A stretch of DNA of 64,000 nt. It comes from Macrostomum lignano. Its lineage: Eukaryota. The DNA lies in assembly GCA_002269645.1 (NCBI GenBank), contig NIVC01000023.1, forward strand, positions 248,001-312,000, in the 5' to 3' direction. The translations under genes were made by a program, and so were the position numbers. The notes beneath the pieces were generated by a model. The model did no database searches, was not told the DNA's origin, and saw only the letters and a list, made by a program, of their open reading frames with translations. Below, in pieces: positions 45,623-57,899 of the stretch; the first letter of the stretch is position 1, and every line of letters begins with the position of its first letter.

Positions 45623-46682
45623 ATATATAATTTTAACAAAATTTTTAACTGGCTCTTTCTAATCAGACTTTGCGGTCGAGGGTAACTGTAATTTACGATC
45701 AATTGCAATATTACCATCATCATAAAACCAATGAATGGTGTCTAAGACTAATACAGAAAATTATGTAATTACCTTGATAAATTATTCCAAAATGGAGTAA
45801 CTGTTGTCTCTCGCTTAAAAATTGGTTAGAGGCACCAAGCACCATATAGAGTTCATAATTAGTAAGTAAGCTTCAACTTAAATTTATTCACTTTGTTTTT
45901 ATAGATACAAGCAAATTGCGTCTTTATAGACAGAATGAAATGGAGCTCCAAACAGAAGTTTTAATCATGAAGGAGGCAGGAATAAAGTTGCTGCCTAGCT
46001 TTTTATAGATGATGACACTTTTCTGTCCTTCTGTCGAATGGTGTACACTGGCTTTCTAAATTCGGTTTCTGTAGCTGCAGCAGGCTGTTATGATGAGTAG
46101 ACATTTTATGCGTTTAACTTGGGGGTTAGAAAATATATCAAGTACAACAGAGAGCCGTCTGGTAAAAAGCATATTATTTAATTTTCGTTTCTGGCCACCT
46201 CTAACTCCTTTTTTGCACTCATCGGATGAGGTATGAATTTGAATTTGAATTGAAATCAAATCAAATTCAAATTCAAAGGATGAGCAGGCTAACGAGTACC
46301 CGAGCACCAAAGAGCATGCGTCACCCTCGCGTTTGGTTGAAGTCTATATTCTGTGGTTGAAGTAGAGAAGTTCTATTTTTCAGTTTGTTCTGTTAGGTTT
46401 GGCTTGAAATAAGATACCATGCAAGTCAAAAGCTCCGATATAAAATAAGGATTGGAAGTGCGTGTTAGATTTTTAAATAAACTAAGTTTTGTCCTGTTCA
46501 TTAACTATTCTATTGTGAGCTATTAGTGTTTTAACCTCAATATTTCGCAGTGGCTCACATTTTTCAGCAGCCTTAAGCATAATGACTACAGTCGTCCGCT
46601 GATGCAGATTTTAAGTATACCTGCAAAAGATTTTCAAAGACAAGCATATGCTTACTAGCTGGCACCTGGTACGAGTTAATTC

Positions 46683-47902
46683 CACAGAATACACCAGAAT
46701 GCTCAATCAAGTTCCCTGCGAAAAAGTTTTGAGGCAAAAACTAGCTAGCTAGGCTACTTCTAAGGTGAAGTGATTTGTGAGTAGTGCTGGCTTTTTTCAT
46801 CAACCCGAGTGTATTGAGATCGATTTTGCCATAGACGATGTTTTTCGCTTGTCTTTCCGTCCATCTATCCTATCTATTTGATGCCCTAGTGTATAATATT
46901 TAACTCAGCTTAGTTGCCGATTACTGTGCCCTTACCCAAGCCTACCGGTCGAAGAGTTGCGACCATGCAGCAGCTAAGGCAGAAACTCAAGGTCGAGAGA
47001 GCACGACTGAGATGCCAAAATGATACTCTAAAACGGCGATGCGCCACTTCAAGTTTGACTGCTACCAGGCTTAGAAATCTGGCCCAAGCAGAAGTCTGTG
47101 CTCAGATCGCAAGCATGAGTGAAACGGTTCGTGGTGTGATTCAGGATCAGATCTCAAATGCGAAACGCCGGAGACCTGTTCTCTACGTTTTGCCACAGGG
47201 CTGCTTCACTACAGCCCCAGATGCCACCGATACTTGCGTAGCATTGGCTTACGGCTTCCATCAAGAATGACGATTAGGCGAAAAATCGGCACTTGCATGC
47301 GCCAGCCTGGAATCTACACAACAGTGAGCACACAAAGGAATGGCTTTCATCTCTCTCATCTTTGTACACACGCCTGCGTTTAAATCACTGGTGCAAAGCT
47401 CAACAGGTATTACTTCGAGCTGCCAGGAAGCGCGGAGCTCACAGTACGAGTGCAGCTTCAGCAGAACAACGAAAGCTGCGACGCCTGTTATCTGCTAAAT
47501 TATAGGTTGCCTGTTGTTTGAGGCTTAAACTGCTGCTCATACTGCTGTCTTTAAACTGTTCTAGTTTGCAATTTTCATGCTAAATTTTCATGTACGGCTA
47601 TATCACGTACCCCAATTGCTTAAACTGCTGCTCATACTGCTGCTTTTAAACTGTTCTAGTTTGCGCTGAATGTTCACAATTAATGTCTACATTTTTGTGT
47701 CGCTACAGCTGCAAATATACTATCGGGACTTTCTGTCCATAAAATGTTCCCCCTCGAATGGACGTACAAAAAGGTGACTACTTCTCACATTTCAGTACTC
47801 TGAATTTCAGATTATCTCTTCTTCACCTCAGGAGTAGTGTCTATGGTTTTATATTTCGGCTTTCGATTTGGAAGCTGATTGAGCATTCTGGTGTATTCTG
47901 TG
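46683..47902 (+). mobile_element. Internally deleted P-element-type DNA transposon
   Basis: 27-bp TIR cacagaatacaccagaatgctcaatca; 8-bp TSD GTTAATTC (46675-82, 47903-10); frameshifted QISNAKRR...FATGLLHYSPRCHRYLRSIGLRLPSRMTIRR, typical of the P-transposase N-terminal region; absent from the paralogous segment (~57250). Confidence 0.82.
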
Positions 47903-50900
47903 GTTAATTCGTATAAATATACGAAAATGTTTAGTGGGACTTCTTTAAATGACACAGAACGGGTGTAATACTGAATCAAGTTTAAACTAACCGGTCTATA
48001 ATACCCGAGCGCGGTGCATTTTACTCTTGCTTGGCAATACGAAACTGATGGTGAATTTCAGAAATAGATTAAAGATTCATGGATGACATGAGATTTTTAT
48101 AATGGGGAGTCTATCCCAAAGTGGCTGCCAAACCACCAGAGGATCGAGAGACGGTTGTCGAAAGCGCCCCGTAGTGCGTCGGTGTCGTTGACGTAGTTAG
48201 GGTGGTAGCTAGATCGTCCGTGAATTAAGTCACTTAAGAGTCCACTTGAACAACTGAACTTGTGAAACATTCATACCCGGAATTTCGAAGCACACTTGGT
48301 GGATTCACTTTATTTGGCTTATCTGATGATATGATGAGTGATAGTGATTTTCGTTTCTATGGACTTTTCTTTATAGCCAGTCGCTCGTAATTCGACAGGA
48401 AAGGGTAATAAACCATGCTGATCTGAAAGCTGCTCAATAGTCTGTCTATACTCGTTAAATTAATCACTAAATGCATATATTTGGTTGCACGTATTACACT
48501 GCACAAGCGTAAAACATGTAGTTTTAGCCCGTAACCTTACAATGAGCAAAGAAGCTGGAGCTGTCGTTTAGGCAGCCGCAACTGGCAAAACAGTTGGGAG
48601 TTGTCAAAGCAAATCAATCAAGTGTTATTTCCAAATTAAATTATTACAGTAAAGAGATCAGTGTATATACTGTTTGCTGTGAGGCAGAAAAATTAGTAAT
48701 AGAATGGGCAAGACAGGCTGGGCTGCTGAAGTAAGAGAGCTACGAGGTAGCTACTTCAGAAGTAGAACTGACAAATCGGTGGGGACACGCAAAAAAGAAA
48801 AGGTACATTGTAGAGTGGACCAAACCGGTTCTGGGGAGGGCCATATAAGTCTGAAGAAGACGGTGCAGACAAGAGTTGGAAAGGTTGGAGTCGAACCACC
48901 CCACCCACCTCGAGGGGTCTGAGCCATGGCAACAAAAAAGCAAATACTGGCACAACTCTCCTGGGGCAGAAAATAAAACTACAATCGTACGCGTAAACAT
49001 TTAGCCTAGTCTTCGTCTCTTGTGCCTTGTAGCAGCACCCACCCTACGGAAAATAGGCCAAATAGACTAGGCTGGCACTAGCGAGACACAGACTTCGGTA
49101 AAATAGGCGTACTGCTTTTTAGTCGTAAATTATAGCAGGTATATTTCCTAGCCCCTCTTTTCGCGCATTTAATAATAATTAATATTTCGAGCATTGCTAC
49201 TCTTTATGATGATTGCATGCATAGCAAATTATTTCAATCTTTACGAGTCAAACTCTGTCCTTAAAACGATTTTAAAGGCGCTGAAACGTCAGCGAACAGG
49301 CTGCTGCTGATCTTGACTAGATGTCACTTTGAAGAGTTCGCTTTAGCACACTAGAGAGAGAGGGAAAGAGAGAGAGAGAAAGAGAAGAGAGAGAGAAATT
49401 AATCTAGTGTCTAAACGCACGAGCTCCCACTTCCAGACCTCAAGCCTGGGAACAAGGTTCAGTGTTCACTTACTGATGCGGGCTCCTCTTCTTTGTCGGG
49501 CAGGTTCTCCGAGCTCGTCTCTTCAAATATTCTTCCTCCGGAGTAGTCTTGAATTATAGAATCGGCCGAATATGAGAGCTTAATAACTTAGTCCGTCGAT
49601 GTCAGTATATTCCTAGAGTGCAGAAATCGATATATTCCTCGAGTGCAGAAATCAATATATTCCTCGAGTGCAGAGATGCGCCCTAATAACAAAGTCAACT
49701 CTATAACAATAACGAGGTCCTCCGAAAGGGCGTCTTCTTCTAGAAATAACGGAATCGGAGTCGTTTGCTCCTATCGGTTACTCTAGGGTACCAAAATCAA
49801 TCAGTCAGTAATCAACTAAGAGTATCGGAATCGGTCCGCAGATCCTATCCAATCCCTTAGGAATAGGGAGGCCTCAAATTCAATAACTCAATAAATCGAC
49901 TTATCAGTAACGGCCGGCAATATGACACAGCTCTCAATAATCGAACAACAAAGACTTCAAATAACAAAGACTCGAACAAAGGTTTACCAATTGGTGTTTG
50001 TCTCTCTCAGAGATATAGCCTTGCTTAGTAACTCTGGCTAAGCCTAAGATCTCTTAAGGCTGCTCCGAGTCTGAGGTTTCAGCTCGGATTTTTGCTTGTA
50101 TTTATACACGATTTCATTCAACCTTGAGCTTCAAACTGGTTTTATTGATAAGAATCAAAAGATGGACTTTGTCTCTTGACCGGTGGGGTTTTACATAGGA
50201 AAGGGGTGAAGCCTAGATCGCATTTAACTTGACCTTTACCATATTTGGAAATTTAGGTTGAAAACCGGTTTTTTGGACTATGTAACAATCACTCGCTGTT
50301 ACGTGATATTGCATGCATTACTGAAAATAGAGTATGACGCATGTTAGTTTTAAATGGTATTCATGTTTTTATCTTGCTACTTTTAGTAGGCTACTATGCT
50401 TGGAGATCTCTACAACTTGAGCTGCTGGTGATGATGTCTTCTCTACCTACCCTAGAAGGTTCTTAGGGGATTAACAGAATGTCCGACGCCGAAAGCAGAA
50501 GTACTTGTGCGACTCAAGTCAAGCCACTCAGCCAGGATGTGTGGTTACTGACTCATATTATCAAAGAAGCAGTCTTCTGATACACCGAGTCAGCCATTCT
50601 CTTCACTAGCATACCAAATTTAGCTGTATTCAAAGATTGCTGAACAAAAATTTCTTTTCTCGCGTTTTCAAAACATTTTTATCAGTCTATCCATCAAAGT
50701 TGCCAAGCGATAGCGTTTTCGTGGGTAAAAACTACATAAAATTCGAAAAAGTCCATTGCGAGTTGTATAGTTATAATGCCCTATTCGACTACTATTCAGT
50801 AGTAAGCCCACAGGTGAAGTCACACTTCTGACATTTTTTCAATGCCGCTCTGTGCTGTGTTCAAAGTCTACATTTCAATATGATTTTCGGCAAGTGGATA

Positions 50901-52109
50901 GGGCATCGAGATTCATGTACTAAGTTTACAAGGTACTGATGATCACATCATCAAGGTACGCTTGATTTACACTTGTCACTAGTACATGTTTACAGCAAAC
51001 TTTTCGAAAACTGTTGGCGACTGCTCACTCACAATTTCTTGAGTCACATATCCCGAAAGCATATAATGCATATAAAATCAATTCAAAAGCCCTACTAGTG
51101 ACGCTCAAGATTTCCAGCGATGCCTGCAATAGACAATCACAAAAATAATGAACGCCACTATAATACTAGGTACACTTTCTTTAAAATATTTCTGATGAAA
51201 AAATATAGAATCTCAATAACCATTTTTGCGTTTTATTAAGACATAAACGGTAAAGTTACGCTTTCGTGTAGTAGCGTTTAAACGAAATTTTTCTCTTAAA
51301 AATCTGTTCCTTTAAGCGATAGTGTCACTAATAGTTCTAATTTAATATAACAAGCCAAGAAATACTGAATAAGAGGGAATTAAATATACATAGAATTAAT
51401 TACACGTACCTTATCACACAAATTGCAAAATAATGTAATATATGACCTCCGTCATAGGGAAAGCTAGGTTAGCACTTTCCAAGAAATGGTAACAAAGAGA
51501 CTTAATTCTAGCACTAAATCAAAATATTGTAGAGTAAAAAAATTGTTATTGAAAAAATTCGGCAAGGAAAACTTCATAAAAATAGAGAAAAAACATTTGA
51601 TGAAGGTTCACAGTAAAACTATAGCAATAACAACAATTAAGTTATAATAAAATATTTCGAGTAAATAAAGAGTAATCAGAGCTCTCAATATAATAGCTCT
51701 CAGAGAAGTTACGAGCCTGAAAATGTAACAGCGTATATAAAACGTCAAAAAGAAACGCGAGCACTTCCAACTTTGTAACACTATAATTAAAAATTTGCTG
51801 ATCATATTCTCTAATAAAATCAAACTGTCGGCATGAATCGTGAGTATATAATTGTTACTAAGTAAAATTCGTTCACGAAAGCTGAATAAATACATACTCG
51901 TAGATAAAAAGTGCTTTAAAAAGTTTACAGTAGCGAATTCATAGCATTATCGTCAAGTTACATTATAATAATAAATGGAGAGTAATCACAGCTCTCCATG
52001 TATACATTCAACAGCTCTGAGAGAACTTACCAAGGAACACTGTATATAGCTACATGGGAGGAAATTACGAGCCTGTCAGTCTATTAAAAACGTCGAAAAA
52101 TGATTGCGT

Positions 52110-52405
52110 CGTCGGCTAATAATATGTATAATATTTTAAATATTATACATAATATATATATATAATATATATATTAAATATATTTATAATATAATATTAT
52201 TATTAATATTATTATAATATATATATATATATTATATATTATATATATAATATATATATATATATATTAAATATAATATAAATATAATTAAATATATATT
52301 AAATATTAAATATATAATATACATAATATATATATTAAATATTATACATAATATATTATACATAAATATTTTAAATAATTAAAATATTTAATATTTTAAT
52401 AATAC
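52110..52405. repeat. AT-only low-complexity run
   Basis: Almost purely A/T (TA/TAA/TATT). Confidence 0.9.
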
Positions 52406-55400
52406 GTGCAATCTGCTCATCGGAGAATCCGACTCGCTCATCGGCCACCTGTCTCTTGTGCCAGTAGAGCTTCACATTCCTGACGTCGGATAGGCTGCCA
52501 ATGTTTTGGCCGAGATGCTTCCGCTTGGCGTCGATCAGGGAGAGGCCGGATGTTTCCTGGAATCGTAGCTTACGTCAGTTGAAGCGTCATTCACTAAATC
52601 AGAATAAAAATATTCAGCAGAACTAATCGCTACTTCACTTTAACAAGTTTAATAATTGGTTTATCCAACCTTACCTGCAGATTCCATAGGAAAATCAGAG
52701 TTTGGAACTTCAGCTCAGCACCGTCTTGATCCGTGAACCTGTTAATGTCGAGAACCAGTTTCACTGCTGTCTCGACAGCTTCCGAGCTGATGGCTGCTTT
52801 TGCGTACTCGGTCTTGCCCTCGGTGCTCAGCTTCTTGTAGAACAGCCGCAGAAACTCGAGTGACAAATCGCCGTCGCTGTCGCAGCACCGGAAGTAGACA
52901 GCGCTGAGCTTGTTGTACAGCATGAGAGCGGCAGACGCGCTGCGGTAGCATCCGGCAAAGGGTTCCTTGGTCTCTGTTTCGCTCGGCAAGCAGCGGGACA
53001 GCTGATCAATAGCGTGAGCGCGAACTCCTCCAATTTGCTGAGCAAATATCGCGAGAGACAACTTTTTATATTCTTCCTCTTCACTGCTCAGCAGCAGCTC
53101 CGTAAGAACATGGGAGAATATGGTTGTTGGAGTGTCGCTGTCCTTGATGGCGCGTTTCAGCAAAGTGTCCAGAATCGGCTGAAGACAGTCGTTGCGCAGA
53201 AGGAGAAGCTGAAGCTCTCCGAACTGTTGCTTCTCAAGCAGTCGCTGCTCTTGTCGGCGCATTGTGTTCATGTCTTGAACTTTCTCTTCTGGTTGCTGCT
53301 GTTGTTTTTCACCTTCATTTCTAATCCGGTGTTCCTCATGCATCGCCCGAGCCGCCAGTCCAAGGACAGCTCGGTATGAGGGTAGGTCAACAAAGTTGCG
53401 CAACTGGTAGACAACGAAGTCTCGGAGCTTCTGAATATTAATAATAATTTTTGACAGGTTCGTCTCCTCGAGTTGCAGCATGCAGTGAATTATGCAAGCC
53501 TGTTGCCGAAGACAGTCAGGGTCCGGGTCATTGCGACACAATTTCTCCCTGAAGATCTGATAGGCATTTGGTGATTCGTCATTTCGAAGCTCCAGTATCT
53601 GTCGCGCCGTTCGCGTTCCAATCTCGAAGAAGAGGCGATTGAAAAAGGCTTCCGTGATTCGCTGCCACCTCTTTTGAGTGTCAGCATCCGTGTTCTTCAT
53701 TCTGACTGCTTGCGTCGTTAGGTGGTCCGGGTCGCATCGAAGTTTTTTCTGAATCACTTCTTTATATTTTTTGATGAATTCATCTTCAGATACAGTTTCA
53801 CCAGCGCGTTCAAAGGCATTGAGCGCCAGCTTCTCAGCAAGCTCCTTGGCGTCGAAGGACACCTCGCACAAGAGTTTCTCAAAATTAACCTCGCTCTGAG
53901 GAAGTTGATATTTTCCAGTAAAGTCGTTGGCGTATGTGCTCATGGGAAATCTAACATCATTCTCAACCATATTCCTCAGTGTGAGCAGTATGTAGCGGCG
54001 CATCGTGCTGGACTCTGGGAAAAATCGATTGGATGCCAGACAGCGGATCGCGATGCCCACCACACCGTGTCGCGCCAGAGACAGCTTGTAGCCAAAGTCG
54101 GCGGCTCGGGCTAAAAACATCCAAGCACCATCAAACATTGTGCAGACGGCTTCGTCAGTGAGGAGGCTCAGAGCAGAGGATTCATTGATCGCTAATCTGA
54201 CAAAGAGGAACTCCAGCATCGGATCCTCGCACCAGATAAGAACGGTGTAGCCTCTTAGACTGGCTTCCAAGCAGCGATTTTTCAGTTCCACCTCTCTGGG
54301 ATTAGAAATGCTGAGTCCCGTCCTGAGGATGACTTCCGCGAATTTGAGGATGCATTGGAACGGAGTGGTTGGATCTCGCATGTCCTCGGCAGACTGCTGA
54401 AACTCTTCTGTCTTCGCGTGGCACCAATCCTGCGCTTCTTTTAACCTGCTGTGTAGGTCGTGATGCGGATTTTTTTTTTGCAGAATACTTCTGGAGCTCC
54501 GTTACAAGTTCGTAGAATCGCGCTAAACGCTCTTCGACAGGACTTTGTGGTTTTTGTTTCACATTGCACTCGTTGGCGTACTTGAGTAGCGCAGCTTGCA
54601 GCTCTTCGTTCTCACTCAGCTCGCGCCAGACCTGCGGCCAGTGGACGGTGAGTTCTGGCAGATATTCATTGTGAAATGACGCTAAGTGAGCTTTAGATTG
54701 CTGAATGGCCTCCTTGATTGTCTCTCGCTGCTTTGAGAGTTTCTCATTTATGTGGATTGAGATCCCACCTTGATCAGGATAATACTTCAGCGGGTAGAAC
54801 CTTCTGACGGGAAAGAGCTGCATCAGCTTCTTGTCTTCTCCGACATCATCCTGGCTAGAGTCCGATTCCACCGTAGTGGATTTGAGCAGAATGGTTTCAT
54901 CCCAAACGTCTGCGTAGAGCGCTATGAGTTTACTCTTCTTCGCGCGGAGCACCACGCTGAGCTGTGCTGGACCTCCGCGTTGGAGAAACTTGTCAACATT
55001 GCACGCGAGAAATTTCATCTTGGCGTAAATGAACTGCTTTGTGATACTCTGAGAGTCCACTTCCAAAAGCTCTGGATCAATCGAGCAGTGCAGAATAAAG
55101 TGGGTGGATGCAGCAAAGCCAAAGAGGTCCAACAAGAAGTTTCCAGCTGGACAGAAGCCTTGCTCGAGTTTTTCCTCTTCTGTGCAGTCGCTGCTGTCCA
55201 GAGCACCGCTGATGTTGTCGATATTGTCACAAATGTCCAGAAACACGACTTTCTCCTTCTCCAATACGTACATGACCACTCCGACCTTAAACAGGGTGGC
55301 AGCGATCTGGTTCTCCGTGAACTGATAGCCGAAGCCTATGATCTGATCGTGAATAAATGTGGTGGCTCCACTCCGCATGGACCCACTGACCGCAATCACC

Positions 55401-56438
55401 TTGAGCCCTTGGGGCAGCTGCCACTCAGCTGGATCTCCCATTTTGTACTTTTGATCCTTTTCGTCCCACAGAATCAGAGGGACCACTCTGCACAGATTCA
55501 ATGAAGGGGCGGAGTCGGTAGGTTTCTGAACTGAGAAATTTTCAACTAACGCCTCTTTGTGCGGATGAAATTTTTCGTCTGGATCGTTTTGAAACTGCTT
55601 AGGTGTGTCCTTTTCGTCCTTTTCTGTCTCTTGGTTATCAGAGTCAGCAGTGTTCATTCCAGAGGGTTGCAAGTCAGCATTTCGTGATTCTCCCCCGATG
55701 GCTCCAGAGCTCCGGTTGGCAGCATCACTTGCTGTCCTCGAAGTGGCTGTCTCGAATGTTTTAGGCGACGGCATGTGCGCCAGCTGCTTGGCTTCGTCCG
55801 CTTCTCGTTTGCGTTGGGCCTTGTACTGTAAGAGCTCCATGGTGGAACTGAATATACAAGGCGCCCTCTCTTTCTTGGTAGTTTGCTGAGCTTGCTGGTT
55901 TCTTACATGCACAGCGGCTGGTGGCGGTGGAGGAGGCGGCGGTGAGAACGTATCACAAATCACTCCTTCGGGCATTCGAGAACGATTCTTATTCGAAGTG
56001 CCACTTTTGCTTGTAAAAGATGCTGAGAGATGCAATGAGGCGTCTGAGCCCAAAACGTTGGTGCTTAAACTTTCAGGATCTTCATGCTGAGCAGTCTCCG
56101 ACATTGGTGCCGTTGGTTGATTTTCCGGATCACCGGTCTCTTTGAGCAATTCTCTGAATAGGTCACCGCTCTGTTTAGGTGGCTCACCGATCTTTTTGGG
56201 TGGTTCTTTTGGTGGGTCATCGGTCTCTTCTGATGGCTCTTTTTGTGGATCATCAGTCTCTTTGAGCGGTTCTTCTGGTGTCTCACCGATCTCTCTAGGT
56301 GGTTCTTGGGGTTGCTCTCCAGTCTCTTTGGGTGGCCCACCAGACTCTTTAGGTGGCTCACCGGTCTTTTTGGGTGGCTCACCGGTCTCTTTGGGTGGCT
56401 CACCGGTCTCTTTGGGTCGCGTATCTCTTCGATCATGT
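52370..56438 (-). pseudogene. Truncated paralogue of the 36259-43485 gene (lacks N-terminus, frameshift at an A10 run, C-terminus lost)
   Basis: ORFs 54302-56149 and 52630-54381 align closely with copy 1; T10 at 54470-54479 versus T9 at 38528-38536; exon 2 homology stops at ~52405. Confidence 0.75.
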
Positions 56439-57899
56439 CTAAATTCAACAAAATTTTCTATCAGGCTCTTTCAGTCAGAATTTTGTAAGACTTGATACGT
56501 TTGCTACGAGCGTACTGTATATTACCATCATCATAAAACAAATTAATGGCGTCCATGCTTCGGACTAATGAAAAAATAGGTAAATACCTTGATAAACTGT
56601 TCCAAAATGGAGTAACTGTTCAATTCCCTCTCGCTTACATTAAAATTAGGTTAGAGGCACCAAGCACCTAATGTAGCTCAGAATTAGTAAGTAAGCTTCA
56701 ATTTCAATTAATCACTTTGTTTTTATAGCTACAAGGTATAAGCTAATTGCGTCTTTATAGACAGAATAAAATTGGGCTCCAAACAGAAACTTTAACCATG
56801 AAGGAGGCAGGACTTTAAGTTTCTGCTTTGTAGTTTATAGATGATGACACTTGTCTTTCCTTCTGTCGAATGGGGTACACTCGCTTTCTGCATTCTGTTT
56901 CTGTAGCTGCAGGCTGTCATGATGCCTAGACACTTAACGCGTATAACTGGGGCTTAGAAAATATATAAGTTATACAATAGGGGGCCTGGTAAGCCTATTT
57001 TTTAATTGTCTTGATTCTGGGCATCTCCAACTCCTTCATTGCACTCATCGCATAATGCGTCGCCCTCGCTTTGTCTTAGCCTCGCTTCGGTTCGGAGCAT
57101 TTAGCTAGTTTTTTTAACCAGAGTATTTTGTAGTGGCTCTTGTTTTTTCAGCAGCCCTATAAAGCATATTGAATACAGCCTTTAAGTAGATCCACAAAAG
57201 GCTTTCAAAGAGAAGCTTTCACAGTGCTTACTAGCTGGCACCTGGTTTGAATTCAAGACAGATGCGAAAAAAATATAATAAGACTTCTTAAATAACACAG
57301 AAAGGCAAAATAACCGAATCAAATTTATGACCAACCGGACTGTAATATCTGAGCGCTGTGCATTTTACTATTGCTTGCCAATACGAAACTGATCGTGAAT
57401 TCCGGAAATGGATGAGAGATTCATGAATGACATGAGATTATTATAATGGGGAGTCTACTCGAAAGTGGCTGCCAGACCACCAGAAGATCGAGGCGGTTGT
57501 TGAAAGAGCCCCGTTGACGTCAAAGTTGGAGCGGCTGCTTAATTCAGTGCACTCGCCAGGATGCTTCAAGCATGTTGAATAGTAATGGTGTCTGTACTGA
57601 GGCTCTGCAGCTAGACAGAGGGTCCAGCTTCAACCATCCTGCTTCATTGGCACCTTCATCTGGCGGGCTGAGCTATCCGAACGGGGGACTGCTTACTATA
57701 TGACGTTGATTGATGTGTGGCTGAGAACTCGAGTCTTCTTTAATAAATTCGATCCTGCATTTACTGTTGAAGGCCGATGGTTTGCATGTATTCTTTATTT
57801 GACTTTCTGATGCAACGACAAAAATCTCTGAAAAAAGAGATTTTTTTATTAAAACACCTTAAAAACACAACAAAACTGCTAAACATCAAAGAAGCGCAA

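Noticed and set aside
49322-50287. Possible solo LTR (TGTCAC...GTAACA, minus-strand TATA at ~50100)
   Set aside because: No matching TSD found and no second copy in the window; cannot be supported
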